Positions 12,141 through 21,811 of a stretch of DNA of 64,000 nt are shown here, piece by piece. Source of the DNA: Verrucomicrobiota bacterium. GTDB taxonomy: Bacteria > Verrucomicrobiota > Verrucomicrobiia > Limisphaerales > AAA164-E04. Position 1 is the first letter of the stretch. Each line of letters begins with the position of its first letter. The DNA is taken from NCBI GenBank assembly GCA_047947115.1, contig CP170459.1, positions 1,696,001-1,760,000 on the forward strand, written 5' to 3'. The position numbers and the translations under genes are program-made. The notes under the pieces were generated by a model, which saw only the letters and a program-made list of their open reading frames with translations, ran no database searches and was not told the DNA's origin.

Positions 12141-12433
12141 ATACGAACCATCCGCATCGAGGGAGTGATTTTCGATCTTTTTTAGAAGAAACGGGAATGT
12201 GTGAGGAGGTCGAAGCGCTAGCCATGAAAAAAGCCATCGCATTGAAACTGCAGTCACTCTTGAAAGATCACTCGCTAACCAAAACGGAGATGGCCAAGCG
12301 CATGAAAACAAGTCGGGCTGCCGTTGATAGATTATTGGATGAGTCCAATCCTTCCATTACTTTGCTAACACTCGAAAAGGGTGCGATGGCTTTGGGACAT
12401 CGATTGAAAATCGAGCTGGTGCCTGCGGTTTAG
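12137..12433 (+). CDS. XRE/HTH antitoxin (HigA-like)
   Basis: 'HRGSDFRSFLEE', 'TKTEMAKRMKTSRAAVDRLLD...SITLLTL'. ATGA overlap with the toxin. Confidence 0.88.
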   Translation: MNTNHPHRGSDFRSFLEETGMCEEVEALAMKKAIALKLQSLLKDHSLTKTEMAKRMKTSRAAVDRLLDESNPSITLLTLEKGAMALGHRLKIELVPAV

Positions 12434-12526
12434 TTGTCGGTGGTAAGCCTTAAAAATTTTCCAAAATCAAAGCAATGATGTGCTTGCCGTTGCATTATTA
12501 TTTTATCAGTGCATCGTGCATGGCAG

Positions 12527-12718
12527 TCTGGACTGCGGTGGCTTGACACCGCTTTGGATACGCCAGGGGAACGTAGTAGCTAACCTGATTGCGATCCACA
12601 TTAATAGTCTCCAGCAGGATTCACTTAGGTGTAAGTATGCAGTTGAGTTGTTTGAGTGTAACTTACGCATACGCCCATATCTAAAGCGGTTCCGATTCAT
12701 CCGAACGCCCATTCCAGA
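12527..12718. repeat. REP/MITE-like element, family A, copy 2
   Basis: tctggactgcggtggcttgacaccgctttggatacgcc...aaagcggttccgattcatc..ttccaga, homologous to 7741-7934. A partial third copy lies at 38577-38620. Confidence 0.7.
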
Positions 12719-12837
12719 TTGCGCATCCATTGAACGATACACAGTGGAATTTTTGAATGGATCATTCATATGGTGATCCTGTCTTTTCACACATTGACCT
12801 GATTCCCCTCCTTACGGCAGAGTTGGACTTTAAATTC

Positions 12838-14181
12838 ATGAACTCAGATTTTTTATCAGGTGTGATCGAGGGTTTTTATGGTACGCCGTGGACCCCGTCG
12901 GAACGTCACATGGTGCTCGGCTGGATGCAGGCGTGGCAGTTGAATACCTACCTTTATGCCCCGAAAGATGACTTGAAGCAGCGCTTGCTGTGGCGCGAGG
13001 ATTACACGGTTGAGGAAGCCGCTTTATTGAAGGACTTGATCGATGCGTGTCAGGCGCGGGGGATTCGGTTTGTTTATGCTTTGAGTCCTGGATTGGACAT
13101 TGCTTACGCACGGGATGCAGAAGTTGACACACTGAAGCGTCGTATGGATCAGGTTCGTAAGCTGGGTGGAAATCACTTTGCGTTGCTTTTTGATGATATC
13201 CCGGACTCCATGCGTGAGGAGGATCGTGTAAGGTTTGGTTCTTTTGCGAAGGCCCAGTGTCATGTGGTGAACTCGCTTTATCAGTGGATACAACAAGCGT
13301 CGACTGACGATAGCCGTGTTTTGTTTTGTCCCACGCCTTATTGCGGGCGCATGCAACGTGCCGGGTTGGGAGGGGATCATTACCTGGAGGAAATCGGCAC
13401 CGGGCTTGATTTGGGCATTGATGTTTTTTGGACCGGGCCCGAGATCATCTCCTCAGAGATATCGGTTGAACATGTCGAGTCATTGAGCCAGATCCTCAAG
13501 CGGCAGCCCTTGATTTGGGATAATCTGCATGCCAATGATTACGATGGGACTCGGTTTTATTGTGGACCTTACTCTGGACGCCCTTTGGAGTTACGGGGTG
13601 CTGTCCGGGGCATTCTGCATAATCCAAACAACGAAGCGCCGCTGAACTTTGTTCCTTGGAAAACGCTTTCGGATTATTTGCGTGCCGAGACAGATTGGGA
13701 CCCACGGGTATCTTATCTCGGCTCGATGAAAACATGGCATGCGAGTTTTGAATCCGCCGGATCTCCCATTTCCTTTGAGGATTTGGTGTTGCTGGGGGAT
13801 TGTTTCTACCTGCCGCAGGAGGAGGGAAGTGAAGCAGCTCAACTATACATCGCCGCAAGAAACTGGCTGACCGCTGATGTAGGTGACAGGCAATCCAAAT
13901 TTGAAACCTTCCGTCCCTTGGCCACACGCTTGCGCAATGCGTGTGCAGAGATCGTCAACCTCAAGGATCGAGCCTTGTTCTCAGCGCTTTGTCGTAAGAC
14001 CTGGGATTTGCGTGAAGAAATGGATCTGATGCTGACCTGCGGTCGCTTGATGGAGGCCGATCCCAATGCCCGGTTGCATTCGGATTTTCATCTGCCGGGT
14101 ACCTACCGTGGCAGCATGGTTGACAAGTTGCGGGGGCTTTTGGATCAAAGTGAGGATGGTTCATTTACGGCGACAAAATGA
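12838..14181 (+). CDS. GH84 O-GlcNAcase / beta-N-acetylglucosaminidase (cytoplasmic)
   Basis: GVIEGFYGTPW, YLYAPKDD, ALSPG, catalytic LFDDI, WTG and WDNLHANDY motifs. No signal peptide; start taken at ATG 12838. Confidence 0.92.
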   Translation: MNSDFLSGVIEGFYGTPWTPSERHMVLGWMQAWQLNTYLYAPKDDLKQRLLWREDYTVEEAALLKDLIDACQARGIRFVYALSPGLDIAYARDAEVDTLKRRMDQVRKLGGNHFALLFDDIPDSMREEDRVRFGSFAKAQCHVVNSLYQWIQQASTDDSRVLFCPTPYCGRMQRAGLGGDHYLEEIGTGLDLGIDVFWTGPEIISSEISVEHVESLSQILKRQPLIWDNLHANDYDGTRFYCGPYSGRPLELRGAVRGILHNPNNEAPLNFVPWKTLSDYLRAETDWDPRVSYLGSMKTWHASFESAGSPISFEDLVLLGDCFYLPQEEGSEAAQLYIAARNWLTADVGDRQSKFETFRPLATRLRNACAEIVNLKDRALFSALCRKTWDLREEMDLMLTCGRLMEADPNARLHSDFHLPGTYRGSMVDKLRGLLDQSEDGSFTATK

Positions 14182-14353
14182 ACGTTCAAGGGCGTTGGTT
14201 GATGTCTAATGATCTCTCACAAAGGCACTAAGACGCGAAGCTTTTTTCTTAATGGCTTAGTGCCTTTCCCTGAGAAGTATTGTGCATGGGGCTGTGCCAT
14301 ATTCGTTTCTGGACGAATGGAGGCTTCCATGACAAGAATCGCGGCATTCAAGC

Positions 14354-14977
14354 ATGAGTGCATTCAAGATTCGACAGGGGAGTATGGAGGATCTTCAGGC
14401 GGCGTATTACATTTGCCTGAAGACCGGTGATCATGGGGCCGACGGTGAGGCTTTGTATCGGGATGATCCCGATGCGCTGGGCCGTATCTTTGTTGGACCG
14501 TATCTGGCGTTTGAACCGGAGCTCAGTTTGATGCTGGAGGATGATCAGGGGGTATGTGGGTATGCCTTTGCTTCTTTCGATTCAAAGCAGTTTTATGACC
14601 GATACGAACGTGAGTGGCGCCCGAAGCTTTGTGCCAAGTTTCCCAATCCGGATGGTGATCCCAAAACCTGGACACATTCGCAGGAAGTGCATTCGTGGTA
14701 TCATGATCCCGATTACTATTGTCCGGAACCTTACGATCAGTATCCTTCGCACCTCCACATTGATTTTCTGGACCGTGCCCGGGGGCATGGTTTCGGTCGT
14801 CGAATGATGGAAGACCTGATGCAGCAGTTAAAGAAGATGGGATCGCCGGGCGCGCATCTTGGGGTGAGTATGCGGAATACAAAGGCGTTCGGATTTTATC
14901 ACGCGCTCGGTTTTGAAGAACTGGCGCGTGTCGGTGAGCCGGGTGAAGGGTGTGTCTATTTAGGAAAAAGACTGTGA
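14354..14977 (+). CDS. GNAT family acetyltransferase (OGA pseudo-HAT-like)
   Basis: 'YYICLKTGDHGADG', 'IFVGPYL', 'YPSHLHIDFLDRARGHGFGR', 'GAHLGV..N..A..FY..LGF'. Confidence 0.88.
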   Translation: MSAFKIRQGSMEDLQAAYYICLKTGDHGADGEALYRDDPDALGRIFVGPYLAFEPELSLMLEDDQGVCGYAFASFDSKQFYDRYEREWRPKLCAKFPNPDGDPKTWTHSQEVHSWYHDPDYYCPEPYDQYPSHLHIDFLDRARGHGFGRRMMEDLMQQLKKMGSPGAHLGVSMRNTKAFGFYHALGFEELARVGEPGEGCVYLGKRL

Positions 14978-16266
14978 AAGCATTGACTCAATTTCTGGAT
15001 CGCTACCTGGTGCCGCCGCTGACCAAGCTGAGCGAGAACACGTATCTGTCCGCCATTCGCGCGGGGATGGTTGCCATCGTGCCTCTTACAATCATTGGGG
15101 GACTGTTTCTGGTGGTTGCCGAAATGCCCTGGCCCATCTGGCAATCCTGGGTGGCGCCCTATCAGGGTTTGCTGGAGATTCCTGTATCGGCCACCTTTGG
15201 GATGTTGGCGGTGTTTGTTTGTTTTGCCATCGCTTATGATCTGGCGAAACGATTCAAGCTGGAGGCATCGGTCAGCGCAAGCATGGCCACCCTGGTTTTT
15301 CTGATGGTGCAACTCCAGCGCGGTGAACCGACGGAGGAAGGTCTCGGGCCGCTTGTGCTGAACATGGACGGTTTGGCGTCCGGTGGATTATTTACCGCTA
15401 TCCTTTTGTCGCTGGTATGTGTGAGGGTTCAAAAGGCGTTGAATGATTACAATCTCGTGATTCGCCTGCCGAAGAGTGTGCCGGAGGTGGTATATGAATC
15501 GTTCCTCAGTTTGGTTCCCATGACGTTTTTGGTCATTTGTTTTTTTACCATTCGATTTGTTTTGGGGGTGGATATCAACGCTCTCCTTCAGCAGGCGTTT
15601 TCACCCTTGCTGTTCGCGTTGAACACGCTGCCGGGAATTCTGGTGTTCACTCTGCTGCTGACCATGCTTTGGTCCATCGGGATCAATGGAGACAATACGC
15701 TGGATGCGGTGGTTGCTCCGATCTTCTTGATGTTTCTTGCCGCCAACGCGGAAGCAGCTCAGGCGAATGAACCGTTACCATATATCACGGCGTTGGGATT
15801 TATTACCAGCTTCGTGAATGTGGGTGGCACCGGGGCGACGATTGCATTGGCTCTGGTGATGCTGAATTCCAAGGATGCGGGGTATCGTCAGATCAGTCGG
15901 GTGTCCATGCCCACACAGATTTTTCAGATCAATGAGCCCATCTTCTTCGGCTTCCCGATCGTGTTGAATCCGGTGTTCATGGTGCCTTATGTGCTGTGCG
16001 CCTTGTCTCTGGCAACCGTTACTTTTTTGCTGATGGATTTTGGAATGATCAACAAACCATTGATTGCGGTGCCCTGGACGACGCCTCCGGTGATTGGGCA
16101 TTTTCTGGTATCTGGAGGAGATTGGCGGGCGGCGGTGTGGGGTGCCATATCGATTCCGATGTGCATGGCCATCTATTACCCCTTTGCCAAGGCGGCCGAA
16201 CGACAACGCCTGAAGGAGGCCTCTGAATCTGTCAACGAGGCATCATCGGTTGAAGGTAAATCGTGA
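14974..16266 (+). CDS. PTS EIIC component, lactose/cellobiose/chitobiose family
   Basis: 'YLSAIRAGM', 'LWSIGING', 'GGTGAT', 'IFQINEPIFFGFPIVLNP', 'VPWTTPP', 'YYPF'. GTG start overlaps the GNAT stop. Confidence 0.92.
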   Translation: MKALTQFLDRYLVPPLTKLSENTYLSAIRAGMVAIVPLTIIGGLFLVVAEMPWPIWQSWVAPYQGLLEIPVSATFGMLAVFVCFAIAYDLAKRFKLEASVSASMATLVFLMVQLQRGEPTEEGLGPLVLNMDGLASGGLFTAILLSLVCVRVQKALNDYNLVIRLPKSVPEVVYESFLSLVPMTFLVICFFTIRFVLGVDINALLQQAFSPLLFALNTLPGILVFTLLLTMLWSIGINGDNTLDAVVAPIFLMFLAANAEAAQANEPLPYITALGFITSFVNVGGTGATIALALVMLNSKDAGYRQISRVSMPTQIFQINEPIFFGFPIVLNPVFMVPYVLCALSLATVTFLLMDFGMINKPLIAVPWTTPPVIGHFLVSGGDWRAAVWGAISIPMCMAIYYPFAKAAERQRLKEASESVNEASSVEGKS

Positions 16267-16322
16267 TGATGTTGTAGAATGAATATTAACCGCACCATTG
16301 GAATTGCGGGATCTTCGAGATT

Positions 16323-16451
16323 GCACGGATTTTCGCAGATTAGTTGAAAGGCTATACTTATAAGCAATCACGTTCCTTACTTCGAAAAAAAGCAATGCCA
16401 TCTCTCAATCTCATTGTTTTCAATCTGTGATAATCTGTTTAATCTGCGGTT
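16323..16451. repeat. Nonamer-repeat foldback element (CGCAGATT.../AATCTGCGG type)
   Basis: Left arm cacggattttcgcagatt; right arm aatctgtga-t-aatctgttt-aatctgcggtt. Same family at 56219-56457. Confidence 0.55.
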
Positions 16452-16479
16452 CAATAAAAAACACCTTGTTCAAAGTTTG

Positions 16480-17084
16480 GTTCACCGAAATAGATGACAC
16501 TGGAAGTAATCGAAAAACGTGCGACTGAAAAGCGGTATGAGTTACCGCATTTGTCCGTGCATGGATGGTGATGGGGGTGAGGTTGTGATTGTTTGCAAAG
16601 TGGCAGGAGAAACCTTTGGTGACTTGCTGCCAGCATCTCGGTAGAGGCCTTCGACGACGTTGAAAATATAACCGCCCTGCCAGTTCCAGTAGCGCCCCGA
16701 GACATTTGGGTGGTTTGCGGGATGAATCCATGGATTCGATTTGTTCCTTTCCTCGCTCAAGCCGACTTTGAAATGAATCGAAGTGTATGCTCCGTCGGGA
16801 ATGTTGGGCAGCATGAGAGAGATTTCTCTTTTTCCGACATCAAACCAAGCCACTGAATCCGGAAAGGATTGAAGATGCCTTTCACTTGTCTGGAGACTGA
16901 AATCGCTGAGAAACAGGCTCAATCGTGAAATGGAATAGATCTGCCCTGCGTCGTTGGAGTATCGCAACGAATCCAGCGCCAAGGCGCGGTCCTCGTACAC
17001 TGTGTGAAGCGTCAATTTCAGCTGTCCCGCGCTTGCGCTCCAGCAGACCAATACTGCCACGATGATGAAGCTGTATTTGTTCAT
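16480..17084 (-). pseudogene. MbnP-family copper-binding protein, degenerate
   Basis: Signal peptide MNKYSFIIVAVLVCWSASA, 'YSISRLSLFLSDFSL', 'YTSIHFKVGL', 'YWNWQGGYIF'. The continuation 'KGFSCHFANNHNL' is in another frame and then truncated. Confidence 0.7.
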
Positions 17085-17190
17085 ATCGAACGTAATATTG
17101 GAAGGATGCTTGTCGAATGCAATCAGCAAGGGGTGAACCGGAACCGGGGAGGGGTGAATGAGAGCATCGATGGGGTGAATTAAAATATGG

Positions 17191-17225
17191 TTGACATGGT
17201 CAAGTTATAAAGTCAAGTTGGTCAT
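17191..17225 (+). promoter_or_regulatory. TA promoter with GTCAA/TTGAC operator repeats
   Basis: ttgac-atg-gtcaa palindrome containing TTGACA, then repeated gtcaagtt...gtcaagtt...gtca just before the ATG. Confidence 0.6.
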
Positions 17226-17549
17226 ATGAAAGTTAAGACAGCCGATCTCAAAGCCAATTTGTCGAGCTATGTGCGTAAGGTTCGAGAAACAGGTGAACCA
17301 GTTGAAATCCTTCTGAGAGAAGAAGCAGTGGCTTACCTGACACCGGTTTGCGGAGAAAAAAAGCAGACTGTTCAGGAAATCCAGGATATGAAGGCATTGG
17401 AACGTGATTTAGCCGAGAATGGCCTCACCTGCCAAATGGCGCGTGCCGGTTCCAAACCTTCCGATTTTACGCCAGCTCCGGCAGTTGCGGGTGATGGTCA
17501 GGTAGATGTGATTACCGTCGAATCAATCCGCAGTGAAAAGGATTGGTAA
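17226..17549 (+). CDS. Phd/YefM-family antitoxin
   Basis: 'MKVKTADLKANLSSYVRKVRETGEPVEI...AVAYLTP'. Confidence 0.85.
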   Translation: MKVKTADLKANLSSYVRKVRETGEPVEILLREEAVAYLTPVCGEKKQTVQEIQDMKALERDLAENGLTCQMARAGSKPSDFTPAPAVAGDGQVDVITVESIRSEKDW

Positions 17550-17575
17550 TCGACGAGAATTTCTAGGGAGTTATT

Positions 17576-17974
17576 GTGGAACTTTTTTTTGATACATCCG
17601 CCATTGTACCGATCCTTCTCAAGGAACCTCATACAGAAAAAGCGATCAGCGCCTGGACTAAAGCGAAAAGAGTTTGGGCCTGGCGATGGCTGCAGGTTGA
17701 GGCAGAAGCGGCTTTGAGCCGACGGAAAGCACCTGCGCTTGCCTGGCAAAAATGGCATCAAATGAGTGCCGTTTTCGGATGGTTGGATATCGACGATAGG
17801 CAATACTCGCAATTAAGAGTCTTTAATCGGACCTTACGATTACGGGCAGCTGATGCCGGGCATCTCTACACATTTCACCTGGCAGTTCCCATTCTACCCG
17901 ATCTCAAGCTTGTCTGCTTTAATGAAGAAATCAATCGTGCAGCCGAAGTGCTCGGTTTGGATCGTTTTTCATAA
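17576..17974 (+). CDS. vapC: PIN-domain (VapC-like) toxin
   Basis: 'FFDTSAIVPILLKEP', 'VEAEAAL', 'LRAADAGHL'. Confidence 0.85.
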   Translation: MELFFDTSAIVPILLKEPHTEKAISAWTKAKRVWAWRWLQVEAEAALSRRKAPALAWQKWHQMSAVFGWLDIDDRQYSQLRVFNRTLRLRAADAGHLYTFHLAVPILPDLKLVCFNEEINRAAEVLGLDRFS

Positions 17975-18647
17975 GGCTGAGACAATTTACCTCAGAAGTC
18001 TGTTAGTTGCCCCACGACCCCGTTTTCACTGATTTTCGGCCAACTTTGCTCTAAAAAACCGGACCGGATACCTTGCCGAAGCGGACGCATCCAAACGGAT
18101 ATGCATCGAAGTCACACCACTTCGGAATTGCCGATACGTCGACCAAGGTCCTGCAGAAGTGGGGGCTGATTCCAATACAATTCCTCTTGGAACAAGGGAC
18201 CAATGGAATTCAAGAAAATCACCCGAGCGTTTTACTGGAGCATGATTTTCCCTGGTCCTTTTGGATTGACCCCAAAACTCACTAATTTACGAGGCAATCG
18301 GGGCTTGTTCTGCGGCTATAGTCAGTCACAAGGGTCTGGAAATCCGAGTTGGGCAATCAGCAATGGAAACCCTCATAGACTGAATCGGCGGCGATGGATG
18401 TACAAACGATTTTCTGGACCTGCGAATGCAGGAAGGGCTCAGGATAAGTTGGTTGAAGATCGAACAATCCCAGAGTCTAAAACCAGATGTGTGACTGGAT
18501 CAGACAAGCAATACGAAAATCAAGAAAGCGGCGAGCCTTGATAATCTGGGGGACATCCGGACAAATATAAACAAAGTAAAAAAAGTCGAAAAAAACGACT
18601 TGGGGTTGATATTTGTCTCTTGACCGAAAACTCTAATGTGTGACCTC

Positions 18648-19363
18648 AAAACTCTTGTTTTTGAAACAATTGAAAGAGAGGTTGGGGATTGGAACCGTTT
18701 CACAAATCGTCGTCAAATTGGCAGTTATACGGGGCTCTGTGGCGGTCTCAGTGCCAGTGGGCGCAGCAGTTGTCAGCTATCGATTACAAAGCACGGCAAC
18801 GTGCGATTACGAACTGCACTGGTCGAGATGGCCTGGCGATTATTGTTATGGCAAAAGGAATCTAAGCTAGTGAAGAAATGGCAATCGGTATTGGCAAATC
18901 CTCGAGCCAGCGGTGCCGCACGTAAAAAGGCCATTGTCGCCATGGCTCGACAACTGGCTGTGGACTTATGGAGATGGCAAACCGGACGAATAAGCCCAGA
19001 GGACTTGGGATGGGTAATGAAGGGGGGTTGAAGTCTCAGTCTCCCCTCATAGAACAACACTTTTAACCAGGATAAAGATGGACTGGAAAGATTTGAAACG
19101 GCACGTGCCCGGAACCCAGGCGGGGTCAGAAATGGTCCGATTATGAGATGGGGTACGTTCGTTTCTTGGCTGTGACCGTATGAGTCACGAGGTGCCGAAA
19201 TTAGTAATAAATCGTGCACGGATAGCAGGATGAGCAACGGCTAAGACCGTCGCCAGAGCCAGGAAAACGTTTTAGATTTTCCATATCCTTCGAGAAAGGA
19301 ACAAAAAGAAGAACCTGAAAAAAACAGAAAATGCACTTGGGTGCTTGACACTACTCATAGCAG
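18648..19363 (+). mobile_element. IS110-family element, 5'-truncated: C-terminal transposase domain (to 19031) plus ~330-nt non-coding right end
   Basis: 'EVGDWNRFTNRRQIGSYTGLC..LSASG...SITKHGNVRLRTALVEMAW...KAIVAMARQLA'. The end carries TTGACA (19345) and CATAGCAG. Confidence 0.85.
19040..19270 (+). ncRNA. Candidate IS110 bridge/seek RNA
   Basis: Long structured non-coding region after the transposase stop. Stems ttcttggct/agccaggaa, gtgac/gtcac and acgg/ccgt. Internal ATAGCAG is identical to the element end. Boundaries approximate. Confidence 0.55.
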
Positions 19364-19434
19364 CCTGAAGGGCTGGCTGTGTATGAAGGCAATTGCAACT
19401 TGCTCAGCGGCACACGTTCGTCCATCATCCGCTC

Positions 19435-19554
19435 ATGCTCAGAACCACCATTGCCCATTACAAAATCACCGGCAAGCTCGGGCAAGGCGGCATGGGAGAA
19501 GTGTGTCGGCCGACGAACGGCAAAATGGACCACTTGGCGGCGATCAAAGTAGTG
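19435..19554 (+). pseudogene. Ser/Thr protein kinase N-terminal fragment
   Basis: MLRTTIAHYKITGKLGQGGMGEVCR...AAIKV covers subdomains I-II only; homology then disappears. Confidence 0.75.
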
Positions 19555-19718
19555 GCTACGGTGGCTGTAAAAGGCAGGAGCGCCCCTCTCAAAATGGAAG
19601 TGCTGATAGGGGAATTCCTTTCACAGAACAAGAATAGGCGGGTCCTACATTTTTTTCAATTAAGGGAAAAAGTGCTTCGAAGTTGTGCCTTTTCATTTGA
19701 GTTCCAAAAAGAAGCTTT

Positions 19719-20372
19719 TTGATGATGCCAAAACGAAAATTGACAATAATGGTGTCTTCGACGGTTTATGGTATCGAAGAGTTGCTTGAACGTGTTTATG
19801 CGCTACTTACATCTTTCGGATACGAGGTTTGGATGTCGCATAAAGGCACAGTCCCGGTAATTTCGCCCATGACCGCTTTTGAGAACTGCCTCCGTGCAGT
19901 GGAAAAATGTGATCTGTTTCTTGGAATTATCACTCCTTCTTACGGGAGCGGTGAAGATCCACGTGATTCAACGGGTATGTCTATCACTCATCATGAAATC
20001 CGGAAGGCTATTGAGCTGGATAAGCCTCGCTGGCTATTGGCTCATGATCACGTTGTATTTGCCCGTACTTTACTCAAAAATCTTGGGTTTGGAGGTAAAA
20101 GCGGAAGAAAAAAACTGAAACTCAACAAGAATCAAGTTTTTACTGATCTGCGCATTTTGGATCTGTATGAAGATGCCACGATTGATCATGAAGAGCCTGC
20201 GTCCATTCCTTTGGCAGATCGGCGAGGCAATTGGGTCCAGAAATATCATTCCGATAACGATGGAGCCGTTTTTGTCATTGCGCAGTTTTTTCGTTACCAG
20301 GAAGTGGAGGAATTTATTCGAGAGCATTTCCAGAACGGCAACCCTCCTACATTAAACGGGGGTAGCAAATGA
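19719..20372 (+). CDS. DUF4062 domain protein (TIR/nucleoside-deoxyribosyltransferase-like)
   Basis: 'IMVSST', 'CLRAVEKCDLFLGII...YGS', 'SITHHEIRKAIELDKP'. Confidence 0.85.
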   Translation: MMMPKRKLTIMVSSTVYGIEELLERVYALLTSFGYEVWMSHKGTVPVISPMTAFENCLRAVEKCDLFLGIITPSYGSGEDPRDSTGMSITHHEIRKAIELDKPRWLLAHDHVVFARTLLKNLGFGGKSGRKKLKLNKNQVFTDLRILDLYEDATIDHEEPASIPLADRRGNWVQKYHSDNDGAVFVIAQFFRYQEVEEFIREHFQNGNPPTLNGGSK

Positions 20373-21811
20373 CTCAAAAACAAATCAGGGAACTGTTATT
20401 TCTCGGCGAAGGCCAACGTATAGAGTTCAAATCTTCCCCTCGAAACCCGGACGCGCTTGGCAAGACGGTGTGCGGTTTTTTGAACAGCTCCGGTGGCTTT
20501 TTGGTTTGCGGAGTCAGTGACAAGGGTGATTTGAAAGGCGTCGATACCTCTTCTGACGCCATCGGCCGACTTGAACATATTCTCAACGAGAAAATATCTC
20601 CGAAATCTTTGATCGCTGTCCAAGTGGAGCAAGTGGGGAAGTTTCCGGTAATCGTCATCGAAGTGCCGGCGGGAAATGATGTTCCTTATGCTTTTAAGGA
20701 TGTCATTTACATACGGTCCGGTGACCGGACCCAAAAAGCGGATGCGGAGACTATTCGCGATATAGTCCTGCGCCGCCAGATAGAGCCGGAACGGTGGGAA
20801 CGTCGTTTCTCCTTTGCCGATCTAGATGATGATGTAGATGAGGTTGAGGTGCTCGCAGCGGTATCCGACGCCGAAAAGGTGCGGCGGGCTTTTTTCCGTG
20901 ATGGAACCCAGTTATTGATGGTTCTCGAGGATTTTTCGGTCGCCCGTTACGGCCGTTTGACCAATGGTGGTGATGTTCTTTTTGCCAAGAATTCGGCGAT
21001 CCGTCTTCCGCAAATTCGCATCCGCGCCATGTGCTACAGTTCGGATAAAACAAGCGCTGAATTCAGAGATATGAAATCGTTTGAGGGTCCAGTCTGTCGC
21101 ATTTTTGAGGAAGCCTATTCCTTCATTGTTCGTAATACGCCTACGATTTCGCGATTCATCCCGGGCAGTCCCAAACGCCAAGATGCCTCTATATACCCGG
21201 AGGAAGCGGTCAGAGAAGCTCTGGTTAACGCGCTAGCACACCGTGATTACAGCGTCGCATCTGGTGGAATTGGCATCCACATATATCCTCGTCGGCTTGA
21301 GATTTGGAACTCTGGCGCCTTGCCTGCGGGTGTTACGGTGCCCAGCCTGCAGGCTGGGCAGATCTCCGTTCTGCGAAATCCTGATATTGCCCATGTGCTT
21401 TATTTGCGGGGACTCATGGAGAAGGCCGGTCGTGGCAGCGTGCTCATGGTTCGTAAATGCTTGGAAAACAAGATGCCTCCCCCGGTATGGAAATCAGATT
21501 CTCAGCTGGGAGTAACTGTAACATTCTTTACCCCGGAAGTCACCCCGGAAGTCACCCCGGAAGTCACCCCGGAAGTCACCCCGGAAGTTTTTAGGTTATT
21601 GCGGTGCATTCAGGGGGAAATGACTCGGCAGGCGTTGCAAGCGGAGATGAATCTCAAGGATGCAGAGCATTTCCGAAAGTCATTTCTATTGCCAGCGTTA
21701 GAATCGGGAGTTGTAGAAATGACAATCCCCCAAAAACCAAGAAGCAGCAAACAACGTTATCGACTTACTGCTAACGGCAAGCTGCTGACAAAGCGGCCAA
21801 AAGAAGAATGA
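20369..21811 (+). CDS. AlbA_2 (Schlafen-like) + HATPase_c_4 + C-terminal winged-helix protein
   Basis: 'GEGQRIEFKSS', 'CGFLNSSGG.LVCGV.D', 'YPEEAVREALVNALAHRDY', 'RNPDIA', 'EKAGRG', tail 'IPQKPRSSKQRYRLT'. Confidence 0.88.
   Translation: MTQKQIRELLFLGEGQRIEFKSSPRNPDALGKTVCGFLNSSGGFLVCGVSDKGDLKGVDTSSDAIGRLEHILNEKISPKSLIAVQVEQVGKFPVIVIEVPAGNDVPYAFKDVIYIRSGDRTQKADAETIRDIVLRRQIEPERWERRFSFADLDDDVDEVEVLAAVSDAEKVRRAFFRDGTQLLMVLEDFSVARYGRLTNGGDVLFAKNSAIRLPQIRIRAMCYSSDKTSAEFRDMKSFEGPVCRIFEEAYSFIVRNTPTISRFIPGSPKRQDASIYPEEAVREALVNALAHRDYSVASGGIGIHIYPRRLEIWNSGALPAGVTVPSLQAGQISVLRNPDIAHVLYLRGLMEKAGRGSVLMVRKCLENKMPPPVWKSDSQLGVTVTFFTPEVTPEVTPEVTPEVTPEVFRLLRCIQGEMTRQALQAEMNLKDAEHFRKSFLLPALESGVVEMTIPQKPRSSKQRYRLTANGKLLTKRPKEE
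21530..21589 (+). repeat. Coding 12-bp tandem repeat x5 (TPEV linker)
   Basis: accccggaagtc x4 plus accccggaagtt. Confidence 0.95.

Noticed and set aside
18000..18640. Short ORFs (18073, 18203, 18500) as genes or the IS110 N-terminus
   Set aside because: No recognisable motifs and no DEDD/RuvC-like sequence found; left unannotated.
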